A program made the translations under genes and the position numbers. Below are positions 51,883-61,125 of a stretch of 64,000 nt of DNA, piece by piece. The stretch's first letter is position 1, and each line of letters starts with the position of its first letter. The DNA lies in IMG/VR virus record IMGVR_UViG_3300021958_011310. One strand, written 5' to 3'. Origin of the DNA: an uncultured virus (IMG/VR IMGVR_UViG_3300021958_011310) (Duplodnaviria > Heunggongvirae > Uroviricota > Caudoviricetes). A model generated the notes under the pieces. It saw only the letters and a program-made list of their open reading frames with translations, ran no database searches and was not told the origin of the DNA.

Positions 51883-52497
51883 ATGAAAGTTTACATAGGA
51901 CCATACCCTGAACGTTTATGTTGTAATATCCATTCACGTTATATAAATAAAAAATATGGGTATTGTCAATGGGAAGACAAGAATCAAACAAAATATGAAT
52001 CTATCCTTGAATGGCTAGAGGATAAGATTCAATCCTTTTATAATATTTTTAATCGGATTTGGTTTGATAGACGCAAACAAAAAATAAAAATTAAGATAGA
52101 TCCTTGGGATACATGGGGTCTGGATCATACTCTTACTCTTATTATTATCCCGTTACTTAAACAATTAAAAGCAACTAAACATGGAGCTCCACTTGTTGAC
52201 CATAAAGATGTGCCAGATCATTTGCTTCCATCAGATGAAGAAAAGAATCTTAAGGAATGGGAAACAGATAGCAATTTCCACCTAAGATGGGATTGGGTCA
52301 TTTCTGAAATGATATGGACATTTGAACAGTTACGAGACGACAATTGGCAAGAACAATATATTAAGTTTAAAGATTCTGATAACTTGCTTAATATGGAACT
52401 TGAACATGAGGATAAGATAGGTCTTAAAAAACATCAAGAACGAATTAATAACGGATTAAGATTATTCGGAAAGTATTATACCAACTTGTGGGACTAA
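51883..52497 (+). CDS. Conserved phage hypothetical protein
   Basis: DTWGLDHTL..GAP and GLRLFGKYY.LWD motifs. Confidence 0.65.
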   Translation: MKVYIGPYPERLCCNIHSRYINKKYGYCQWEDKNQTKYESILEWLEDKIQSFYNIFNRIWFDRRKQKIKIKIDPWDTWGLDHTLTLIIIPLLKQLKATKHGAPLVDHKDVPDHLLPSDEEKNLKEWETDSNFHLRWDWVISEMIWTFEQLRDDNWQEQYIKFKDSDNLLNMELEHEDKIGLKKHQERINNGLRLFGKYYTNLWD

Positions 52498-52673
52498 GAA
52501 TAAAAGAAAATATGTTATAATCAACCAGATGTCTGACGGTTTTTGGATCACAATTTTAACGATTTTTTTCCTTGTGTTCGCTGTTGTTATGAATTATAAT
52601 TACGGTGAACATAAAAACCGGATGACAAATCCGAACGAACTATTAAACCCTCAATTGGTAAATCAATAAAAAT

Positions 52674-53132
52674 ATGAGAGAAATAAAATTTAGAGTGTGG
52701 GATAAAATTAATAAAGAATTTAGCAACCATACAAATCGAGATCCATTTATGGACCTTTCTATGGGAGATATTTTTTATTGGGAACGACGGCGGAATGAAG
52801 ATGGGGTATACGAGGGTGATATAATTCTGAAGGACGAAAATAAAAACAGGTTCGTTTTACAACAATATACCGGATTAAAAGATTCTTCTGGAAAAGAAAT
52901 TTATGAGGGAGACATTCTTAAATGGGAATACCCTGAAAAATTTTTAAATTTAGTAACTGTTCGATGGACAAATGAAGAAGAGGATTATGATGGGTGGGTA
53001 ACTACTAATTTGATCGGTCAAGGTGGAGAGTGTAAAATTATTGGGAATATTTTTGAAAAACCATGTAAATTTGACCACAATGGAGAATGTTTAATATGTG
53101 ATAATTATGAAAGGGACTGCGCAATAACATAA
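52674..53132 (+). CDS. YopX family protein
   Basis: [26 protein letters not shown] and IIGNIFE motifs. Confidence 0.9.
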   Translation: MREIKFRVWDKINKEFSNHTNRDPFMDLSMGDIFYWERRRNEDGVYEGDIILKDENKNRFVLQQYTGLKDSSGKEIYEGDILKWEYPEKFLNLVTVRWTNEEEDYDGWVTTNLIGQGGECKIIGNIFEKPCKFDHNGECLICDNYERDCAIT

Positions 53133-53347
53133 TGAATGTACATGTACCAGATGAATTGAAATTAAAATACCCGCAAATGGAATTTCGTGGAAAACCCCGG
53201 ATTATTTCCGGAAAAAAAGTAATTGCAGCAAAGAATAATGCAACCGATCAACACTTTTATTATTCTTTTGATGAAGACTTTTTTTGGTTTAAAAATTGTG
53301 AGATACCAGATTGGCATATAATATAATGTATAATTTAAACAAAAAGA

Positions 53348-54076
53348 ATGAAACCACATTACCACATAGTTATAATTCCAGATATTCATTTAAAACATGA
53401 ATCTGTAGGAGATTTTTTGAGTTCATGTACATACGATAAAGCTATATTTATTGGAGATTATTTTGATGATTTTGGAGATTATCCATGGCAGAATAAAATT
53501 ACTGCCAAATGGTTGAAAGAATCCATTTACGTTAATAATCATATTCATTTAATTGGGAATCACGATTTACCGTATATGTTTAATGGGAAAGGGTATCTGT
53601 GTTCTGGGTTTGATTATGATAAAAATAAAGTTATCAATAAAGTTCTAAGGAAATACGATTGGGCTCAATTAAAATTATTTCATATTGAACAAATAAACGG
53701 TGAAAATTGGTTGTTTAGTCATGCAGGATTTACAAATAGTTGGATTACAGAAAATACTGATAACCCTATCACAATGCTTATTAATGAGGAAGAATGGTTT
53801 GATCATGTTTTATCAAAACAATTAATTGTCGAAAATTCATTATTTCGTAATGTAAGTCCTCGATCAGGTGGGTCTCATAAAAGATCTGGTTTGTTGTGGT
53901 GCAGAACTTCTGAATTTACCCCAATTAAAGATTTAAATCAGGTGTTTGGGCACACCCCAACCCTTGATCTTATTCCGGTTGAAATATATCCGAAAAATTG
54001 GGCTATTGATACTCACTTAAATTATATTTGTACGATGAATGAACAAGGAGTAATGACAACTCATGAAATTAACTAA
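53348..54076 (+). CDS. Calcineurin-like metallophosphoesterase
   Basis: DIH, GDYFD, GNHD, SHAG and GHT motifs. Confidence 0.9.
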   Translation: MKPHYHIVIIPDIHLKHESVGDFLSSCTYDKAIFIGDYFDDFGDYPWQNKITAKWLKESIYVNNHIHLIGNHDLPYMFNGKGYLCSGFDYDKNKVINKVLRKYDWAQLKLFHIEQINGENWLFSHAGFTNSWITENTDNPITMLINEEEWFDHVLSKQLIVENSLFRNVSPRSGGSHKRSGLLWCRTSEFTPIKDLNQVFGHTPTLDLIPVEIYPKNWAIDTHLNYICTMNEQGVMTTHEIN

Positions 54077-54586
54077 AGAACATCTAAAACCAGTCTGGTA
54101 TCAAGTCGAGGATCAAGTCAGTAATCAAGTCTGGGTTGAAGTCAGGGATCAAGTCTGGGTTCAAGTCAGGGATCAAGTCTGGGATCAAGTCTGGTATCAA
54201 GTCTGGTATCAAGTCAGGAATCAAGTCAGTTATCAAGTCGAGGATCAAGTCGAGGATCAAGTCTATAATGAAATTAACTAAAGAACATCTAAAACCAGTC
54301 AGGGTTCAAGTCGGGGCTCAAGTCTATGATCAACTCTGGGTTCAAGTCTGGGATCAAGTCTGGGATCAAGTGTGGGATCAAGTCTATGATCAAGTCGGGT
54401 TTCAAGTCAGGGATCAAGTCAGGGATCAAGTCTGGGATCAAGTCTGGGTTCAAGTCGGGGATCAAGTCGGGGATCAAATCTGGGATCAAATCTGGGATCA
54501 ACTCTGGGTTCAAGTATATCATGAAATTAACTAAAGAACATCTAAAACCATTAAGTCTATTGGCAAGTCAGGCAAATTGTTTTTAA
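54063..54586 (+). repeat. Array 1 of chained [11 protein letters not shown](QVxx)n mini-ORFs: 54063-54281, 54268-54534 and degenerate 54521-54586
   Basis: 12-bp unit CAAGTC-NNNNNN with a conserved junction ATGAAATTAACTAAAGAACATCTAAAACCA. Confidence 0.9.
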
Positions 54587-54603
54587 AATAATGCAAAAAA
54601 AGC

Positions 54604-54632
54604 TTGTCAAGAGTGCAAAAATAGGTCATAAT
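54604..54632 (+). promoter_or_regulatory. Sigma70-type promoter of the DUF6745-like cassette
   Basis: TTGTCA-17 bp-CATAAT. Confidence 0.5.
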
Positions 54633-54696
54633 GAATTCAGAAAGTAAGAAAAACGATATACTGAAAACAACAAGTATAATATTATAGATATAAATT

Positions 54697-55017
54697 ATGA
54701 AAACAAACAAAGTTAAGCCAATGAGACAAGGTGATGTGCTAATTCTTCCAGTAAAGAGCATTCCAAAGAGCCTTGTTAAAACCGAAAAAGTAACCCTAGC
54801 GCTTGGTGAAGCCACTGGACACCACCACACTATTTTTGCTGGAGCTGTTGGGTTTGCTGAAAACACATCTGCTTTGTCAGATTATTTCGAAGTTACTACA
54901 AAAACTGCGGATCTGACTCATCAGGAACACACTACAATTACCATTCCGAAAGGGAAGTACCGGAAGGTGATTCAAAGCGAATATATTGAACAAGACAATC
55001 GAAAAGTGGTTGACTAA
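54697..55017 (+). CDS. Small His-motif protein, typical partner of DUF6745 genes
   Basis: RQGDV, LALGEATGHHH and HQEH..I.IPKGKY..Q.EY motifs. Confidence 0.7.
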   Translation: MKTNKVKPMRQGDVLILPVKSIPKSLVKTEKVTLALGEATGHHHTIFAGAVGFAENTSALSDYFEVTTKTADLTHQEHTTITIPKGKYRKVIQSEYIEQDNRKVVD

Positions 55018-55069
55018 TTTAAGATATTCCTATAATTAAACCATCGAAGAAATAACGAATAAAACGAAC

Positions 55070-56089
55070 ATGATTAAAATCAAAGAATTGACACCAGAGC
55101 AAGAAGCCTTATTTCCAGAATTTGTTGAAAAGTGGGTTTCTATTGGGTTGGACACGAGCGAGTGTAACATTATTGATATGGTTGAAGCTATCAAAGAAGT
55201 TTATTCCATTCAAAATTTGACACCACCCGAATTTTATATCGGCCCAGTGAACACTCCATATGAAGGTGCAATTGCAGAGAAAGTTCTTCATGAATTTGTT
55301 GCAAATGAAACGGAATTTCGCGATGCACAACACCTTAACGAACTCGTTTTGGCAGAAGTAGCTCAACGAGTTGCAAACAACAAAAAGGAGTCAGCATCAC
55401 TGAATAGTCAAATCTATGGTAATGCCGATTATTGGTTGAGCTTTTATGATTACTGGTTGCGTATCAATACCATGGTACCTGAAGAAAATCGTATCGAAGG
55501 TATTGATATTGTTAAGCCATTGATCAAGCTCGCTGAACATATCGGTTGGTGGACACCATTGCAAGGCGTTGCAATTCTCCAACACAAACCAGCAGAAATT
55601 CATCGCGATGAAGAACATCGATTGCATAATCCTGATGGATATGCTTTGAAATATCGAGGAGATTATACGGTATGTAATCTGTATAAGATTCATGGCGTTA
55701 CAGTTCCAGAGTCAGTAATCAAGAAAACGTTTACTGCACAGGATATTGAGAAGGAAGACAACGTTGAGGTTCGTCGAGTTATGCTCGACATTTATGGGAC
55801 TGAACGATTTCTTGAAGAAACGAATGCAATTGAAATTCATTCAGATGAATTCGGTGTGTTGTATAAGAAAGAATTCGGAGGAGACATTGAAGATATGTAC
55901 GCGGTGAAGGTTGTTAATTCCACACCTGAGCCAGACGGAACGTATAAAGATTATTTTCTCCGAGTGGACCCAAAGTGTTACGGTGGTATTACGACAGCAC
56001 GTGCTGCGGTGGCTTCGACATGGAAGAACGATGATGGATCGTTGGTATTCGAATCTCCCGAAGATTACGATTGCTCAATCGAAACATAA
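55070..56089 (+). CDS. DUF6745-like protein
   Basis: LTPEQEAL..W, WLSFYDY, GWW, HRDEEHRLH..DGYA, HGV.VP, NVEVRR and STPEPDG...YFLRV motifs. Confidence 0.75.
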   Translation: MIKIKELTPEQEALFPEFVEKWVSIGLDTSECNIIDMVEAIKEVYSIQNLTPPEFYIGPVNTPYEGAIAEKVLHEFVANETEFRDAQHLNELVLAEVAQRVANNKKESASLNSQIYGNADYWLSFYDYWLRINTMVPEENRIEGIDIVKPLIKLAEHIGWWTPLQGVAILQHKPAEIHRDEEHRLHNPDGYALKYRGDYTVCNLYKIHGVTVPESVIKKTFTAQDIEKEDNVEVRRVMLDIYGTERFLEETNAIEIHSDEFGVLYKKEFGGDIEDMYAVKVVNSTPEPDGTYKDYFLRVDPKCYGGITTARAAVASTWKNDDGSLVFESPEDYDCSIET

Positions 56090-56104
56090 TTGATATAAAC
56101 CTCT

Positions 56105-56136
56105 AAGAGCCTCTAGATTAATCTAGAGGCTCTTTT
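56105..56136 (+). terminator. Terminator formed by a perfect 30-bp palindrome
   Basis: AAGAGCCTCTAGATTAATCTAGAGGCTCTT followed by TT. Confidence 0.8.
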
Positions 56137-56157
56137 AATATATTGGTCTTTATTTAC

Positions 56158-56959
56158 GTGAAATTAACTAAAAAACATTTAAAACCAGTCGAGGATCAAG
56201 TCTGGGATCAAGTCAGGGATCAAGTCTGGGATCAAGTCTGGGATCATGTCGAGAATCAAGTCTATGATCAAGTCAGGAAACAAGTCAGGAAACAAGTCAG
56301 GGATCAAGTCTATAATGAAATTAACTAAAGAACATTTAAAACCAGTCTATGATCAAGTCTGGGGTCAAGTCTATGATCAAGTCTATGATCAAGTCGGGTT
56401 TCAAGTCAGGTATCAAGTCAGGGATCAAGTCTGGGATCAAGTCTGGGATCATGTCGAGAATCAAGTCAGGGATCAAGTCTATAATGAAATTAACTAAAGA
56501 ACATTTAAAACCAGTCTATGATCAAGTCTGGGGTCAAGTCTATGATCAAGTCTGGGATCAAGTCTGGTATCAAGTCGGGGCTCAAGTCTATGATCAAGTC
56601 GGGTTTCAAGTCAGGTATCAAGTCAGGGATCAAGTCTGGGATCAAGTCTGGGATCATGTCGAGAATCAAGTCTATCATGAAATTATTTAAAGAACATTTA
56701 AAACCAGTCAGGAATCAAGTCAGTTATCAAGTCTATGATCAAGTCAGGAGTCAAGTCTATGATCAAGTCGATAATCATGTCGATAATCATGTCTGGTATC
56801 AAGTCGGGGATCAAGTCGGGGATCAAGTCGGGGCTCAAGTCTATGATCAAGTCAGGGATCAAGTCTATTGGCCAGTCATGGATCAAGTCGATGATCAAGT
56901 CTATTGGCAAGTCTGGGATAAAGTCCATGATGAAATTAACTAAAGAATATGAATTATAA
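56158..56959 (+). repeat. Array 2 of chained (QVxx)n mini-ORFs: 56158-56328, 56315-56497, 56484-56690, 56677-56943 and stub 56930-56959
   Basis: Same 12-bp unit and junction motif as array 1. Confidence 0.9.
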
Positions 56960-57860
56960 AGAATCAGGAGTAGATATAAAAAAAACAGATAATCTTGTAA
57001 AACAAATTTCTGGGTTGGTAGATAATATCGGTGGATTTGGAGGTCTTTTTGATTTAGGGGATAGTTATCTTGTTGGTGCTACAGATGGCGTTGGCACAAA
57101 AATTCTTCTTGCCCAAGAATATGATATGCTTGATGGTATTGGGATTGATTGTGTCGCTATGTGTGTTAATGATATTATATGTACCGGCGCTAAACCATTA
57201 TTCTTCTTAGATTACTTTGCCTCCTCAAATATAGAAGAAAAACAATATTTAACAGTTTTAAATTCTATTAAAAAAGGTTGCGAAATAGCAGGTATCCCTC
57301 TTATCGGGGGGGAAACAGCAGAATTGCCTTCATTAGTAACTGATAATCATTTTGATGTCGCAGGTTTTTGTGTTGGCATAGTAAAGAAAAAAGATTTAAT
57401 TGACGGCAAGAAAATTAAAAAAGGTGATATAGTAGTTGCGTTTCCAAGTAACGGGTTTCACAGCAACGGCTATTCTTTAGTTAGAAGCATCTTCGACAAG
57501 GAAAAGCATGAGAAATATATTGACAAAATTTTAAAGCCTACAGAGATCTACGCAAAAGAAGTCTTGAATATATTAGAGGCAGGGGTTAATATTCATGGGA
57601 TAGCTCATATTACTGGCGGAGGATTAAGTAATTTAGATCGCATTCTTCCTCAAGACTTAAAAGTTAAATGGAAAAATGATATTACTAAGCCTTTTGTATT
57701 TGACTTACTTCAAAAAGATGGTAATATATCTGGCGAAGAAATGGAAAGAGTCTTTAATAATGGTATAGGTTTATGTATGGTTGTAGATCCTAAAGAAGTT
57801 AATAAAGTTTTCTTGCAGAAAATTAATAGGCCTGCCATGATTGTTGGGCATATAGAATAA
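56949..57860 (+). CDS. purM: AIR synthetase
   Basis: YKESGVDI, TDGVGTK, AMCVND, GGETAE, HSNGYSL and HITGGG motifs. Confidence 0.95.
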   Translation: MNYKESGVDIKKTDNLVKQISGLVDNIGGFGGLFDLGDSYLVGATDGVGTKILLAQEYDMLDGIGIDCVAMCVNDIICTGAKPLFFLDYFASSNIEEKQYLTVLNSIKKGCEIAGIPLIGGETAELPSLVTDNHFDVAGFCVGIVKKKDLIDGKKIKKGDIVVAFPSNGFHSNGYSLVRSIFDKEKHEKYIDKILKPTEIYAKEVLNILEAGVNIHGIAHITGGGLSNLDRILPQDLKVKWKNDITKPFVFDLLQKDGNISGEEMERVFNNGIGLCMVVDPKEVNKVFLQKINRPAMIVGHIE

Positions 57861-58420
57861 TAGTATGAATAAAACTGAGGTAGTACTTATATTTGTTGTT
57901 TTGGTGTTATTAGCATTATTTGTTGCTAACTTCACAATCCTTTTCAAAATACACGATGACCAACAGATAATTAAAAATAAAATAGATTTAATAACTAAAT
58001 GACAAATCAATTAAAAAGTGCTTTAACAGATATATTTGTAGATGCAGGGACAGGAGCTATAGTTACAGCAGTGCTTTACTTCGTATTCCTAGCAGGAGGA
58101 CATTCCTCTCCTCTTGGGGCTGCGTTTGGGCTAGGGGCTAGGGGCTTGGGTATTTTGCATTTTTACAGGAGTACACTGCATGTTAACTGATGGAGGAGCC
58201 ATCTTGATAGTGAGTTTATTATTAGGTTTTATCGGTATAGCGGCAGGAATATTGTATTTAGTTCTTCAGTTTTTTCTGGGATTATTAGTGTGAAAAATTA
58301 AATGAAAGAAGTTATAAAAAACATTTTAGATGAATACACTAAACATTCATTTCAAGTAAATCTTGACAGTGAGGCTTCAAGATACGCATTAGCGGAACAC
58401 ATAGAAGAAGGAATAAAAAA

Positions 58421-58561
58421 ATGGCAAAAAGAAAATCAAAAGAAAAACGAGGCTTAAATAAAAAAATATCCGACATGAAAGGGAGACATTCTAAAAATAA
58501 TTCTTCCCGAAATAAAAGTAGCAAAAATTACAAAAAACCTTATAATAGGCAAGGTAGATAA
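58421..58561 (+). CDS. Small basic protein (not in ORF track)
   Basis: 46 aa, K/R-rich, ends KNYKKPYNRQGR. Confidence 0.6.
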   Translation: MAKRKSKEKRGLNKKISDMKGRHSKNNSSRNKSSKNYKKPYNRQGR

Positions 58562-58642
58562 AAATTTAATGTGTTAATAGCAATTCCCCTAGTTATTACT
58601 TTTTGGTAATTCCCCTACTTATTGCTTTAGCACATAATTTAT

Positions 58643-58730
58643 GCCAGTGTGGTGAAATTGGCAAACACAACAGACTTAAAATCTGTCGCCCTTCTAAGGC
58701 TTGTCGGTTCGAGTCCGACCACTGGTACCA
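58643..58730 (+). tRNA. tRNA-Leu(TAA)
   Basis: GCCAGTG/CACTGGT acceptor, ACAGA-CTTAAAA-TCTGT anticodon arm, long variable arm, GTTCGAGTC T-arm, encoded CCA. Confidence 0.95.
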
Positions 58731-58742
58731 TTTAAATTTATT

Positions 58743-59249
58743 ATGCAGTTAGATTGCGAAACTCCCGTAGGAAAACAGTTCATAAAAGATCAACACGATG
58801 TTGAATCTTTGATTGAGAGACGTTACAACGTTACTGTAAAAACTAAAACTAATAAAATAGAAAAGTATGACGCAGACATTTATCGTAATGATAGTTTAGT
58901 AGGCGTTTGCGAAATAAAAACGAGACCTTTTTGGAACCGTAAAGATAAAACCCCATTTACTTTAGATTTACTCAAAAGAAACGGATACCTGATAACTGCT
59001 GAAAAACTTGATATTTTACAAGCTAAAAGCTTAAAAAAAGGTGTAATATCTTGTATATTTGTAAAAATACCCCATGAAAAAACGGTGGCTAGCATCAAAG
59101 TGACAGATAAAAAAGGTATTTTTTTAATCAACTTTAAAAAAATCTTCAGTAAAACAAAATATAGTTCTAACGATTATAAAGGAGACACCCTTAGAGAAAA
59201 CGCATTTATAAAATACGACCCTAAAACTTTTAACACTTTTAAATATTAA
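58743..59249 (+). CDS. Putative PD-(D/E)XK nuclease
   Basis: YDADI...CEIKTR motif; immediately after tRNA-Leu. Confidence 0.5.
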   Translation: MQLDCETPVGKQFIKDQHDVESLIERRYNVTVKTKTNKIEKYDADIYRNDSLVGVCEIKTRPFWNRKDKTPFTLDLLKRNGYLITAEKLDILQAKSLKKGVISCIFVKIPHEKTVASIKVTDKKGIFLINFKKIFSKTKYSSNDYKGDTLRENAFIKYDPKTFNTFKY

Positions 59250-59253
59250 TATT

Positions 59254-59637
59254 ATGAAATTCAACCAACAAGTATTACTAAAGCATAAATATGGTATCAC
59301 TGCACAATGGATCAGTGATGATTTTAGCTCCACAGCTATAGCAACTTATCAGCAAAACATAATCAAAACAAAAAACGCAGAAGGTGAAGATGTTATTATT
59401 GAAAAATGGTCGCTCACTAATTGTAGCGGTCCATGGACTGGAACAAGTGAAGACGGTAAAAGTTTAGTTATCATCCCCGGACATGAGGACTCTAGAAATC
59501 ATATATCAGGACAAGCGACTGTTATTCTAACCGCAATCAGTGCGTATGCAGGAGGTAAGAAAACAATTGAATCTTATTGGAAAGGGCAAATAATCGGTTT
59601 ATTTGAAGACCCTGAGATATTTGTTAACGATAAGTGA
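59254..59637 (+). CDS. Hypothetical protein
   Basis: 127-aa ORF. Confidence 0.55.
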   Translation: MKFNQQVLLKHKYGITAQWISDDFSSTAIATYQQNIIKTKNAEGEDVIIEKWSLTNCSGPWTGTSEDGKSLVIIPGHEDSRNHISGQATVILTAISAYAGGKKTIESYWKGQIIGLFEDPEIFVNDK

Positions 59638-59663
59638 GCAGAAAAAGAAAGCAGAATTAATTG

Positions 59664-59861
59664 ATGGCTCATTTAGTAAAATTAACAGACTACCAAACAG
59701 GAGAGGAAGTTCTATACAATCTGGATACGGTTGTCTCGATAGAGAGGGTTAAAGATTCAACAGTAATTACTACTAGGTGGGGAAGAAACCAAGTGAAAGA
59801 AAATCTTGATTTTATTTTTAAAGCATCTTTAAGTAATATTATGCAAAGCCCTTCTTGTTAA
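59664..59861 (+). CDS. FlbD-like small protein
   Basis: VKLT....YNLD.V.SIE...TVIT...G...VKE pattern. Confidence 0.4.
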   Translation: MAHLVKLTDYQTGEEVLYNLDTVVSIERVKDSTVITTRWGRNQVKENLDFIFKASLSNIMQSPSC

Positions 59862-59914
59862 TATGTAACATAAATGTAACGTGACTTTTTGCTTTCATAT
59901 TGTAATATATTTGC

Positions 59915-61102
59915 ATGAGAATATTATCTCTACTATTAATAGTTTGGGCTCACCCTACATTAGCCCAAGAACCTGAAAACTGGAATATATTTAACAAAAA
60001 CACTTTGTATAAGAGCGATAGCGGCTTCATCAGAGATGTTAAATTGAAAGGTAGGTACCATGGTCAATACATCAGCCAAGATGAGGATATCGGTGGTATC
60101 AAAGATAATGAATACGATGTCTACCACCATCGCCGTGCGCGAATCCAAATGGACTTCGATTTCGATCATAATTTTTCCTTTGGTTTCGATGCAAACATTT
60201 CGGATGGCCATGGTTCCAGAACAGCTCTTAGCGATGAGGGTTCTTTCGTAAACAACTTCCAAACGTTCAACCTCCAATGGAAACCCAGCGACAAATATTA
60301 TTTCATTATCGGTAAAGACAAGCAGGATATTACCCGTGAGGACATTCAATCGTCGAGATATATCAAAACGGTTGAACGTGCCCCTATCGTGAATGAAATC
60401 GGCCAGCAACGTCCATGGGGAGCTCAAGTGGGATTCTTTACTAAAGGTATTGAACATCGGCTTGGTGCTTGGGTTTATGGTGCCCATGAAGATGGTCCAG
60501 AGTGGGTTGACTTTCGCGCTAATAAAGGACTATCCTATAACCTCACCTATCCGGTAAAAGATGATCTTTCCTTTCACTTCGACTGGAACTTTGTGAATAA
60601 TGAAGGTGGTCGTGAACGAGCACGGGGTGATGCTTCTGTAGGTACTTTCGGATCTGCTTATGAACACGCATTCGCTTTGGGTTTTGATTACGAAAAAGGT
60701 CCATTCAAAGTCATTTCTGATGTGATCTACGGAGCCAACCGTGAGGGAGTTGCAGCAAGTAAGGGGTCTGCAGCTATTCCGGCTGGACATGATACATGGG
60801 GTTTCTATGTATTACCTTCTTATAAAATTACTGACAAGCTTGAAGGGGTTTTCCGCTACCAATACATGGGTTCAGGGCGTGAACAACGTACTCAGCGATT
60901 TGGGCATGATGGTGATGGAGACAGAAACGCGAGACTCAATGTTGAGAACTATCATTCAGTTTACTCTGGATTTCAGTATTTTCTAAGTGAAGAGAATCTC
61001 AAGCTCATGGCTGGTTATGAGTATGCATGGGGCGAGCTTTTGGGAAGCGATACAGAAATTAACACAGGAAGCTGGCAGTTGGCAATACGAACTTACTTTT
61101 AA
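59915..61102 (+). CDS. Outer-membrane porin, OprO/OprP (phosphate-selective)-like
   Basis: Signal peptide, RRARI and SSRYIKTVER motifs, beta-barrel with terminal aromatic RTYF. Confidence 0.75.
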   Translation: MRILSLLLIVWAHPTLAQEPENWNIFNKNTLYKSDSGFIRDVKLKGRYHGQYISQDEDIGGIKDNEYDVYHHRRARIQMDFDFDHNFSFGFDANISDGHGSRTALSDEGSFVNNFQTFNLQWKPSDKYYFIIGKDKQDITREDIQSSRYIKTVERAPIVNEIGQQRPWGAQVGFFTKGIEHRLGAWVYGAHEDGPEWVDFRANKGLSYNLTYPVKDDLSFHFDWNFVNNEGGRERARGDASVGTFGSAYEHAFALGFDYEKGPFKVISDVIYGANREGVAASKGSAAIPAGHDTWGFYVLPSYKITDKLEGVFRYQYMGSGREQRTQRFGHDGDGDRNARLNVENYHSVYSGFQYFLSEENLKLMAGYEYAWGELLGSDTEINTGSWQLAIRTYF

Positions 61103-61125
61103 AAATTTTTAATTAGAAATATATT

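Noticed and set aside
54289..56928. Minus-strand (DLIP)n ORFs and plus-strand (IKSG)n ORFs as independent genes
   Set aside because: Expected by-products of a stop-free 12-bp repeat; only the QV frame has consistent start and stop junctions
54063..56959. CRISPR array interpretation of the ~30-bp junction repeats
   Set aside because: The intervening sequences are over 100 bp, variable in length, made of 12-bp repeats and protein-coding; no cas operon is present
54063..56959. Diversity-generating retroelement
   Set aside because: No reverse transcriptase in the window and no TR/VR pair with adenine-specific differences
58701..58742. ORF-track N-terminus of the 182-aa ORF
   Set aside because: It overlaps tRNA-Leu; the real start is likely the ATG at 58743
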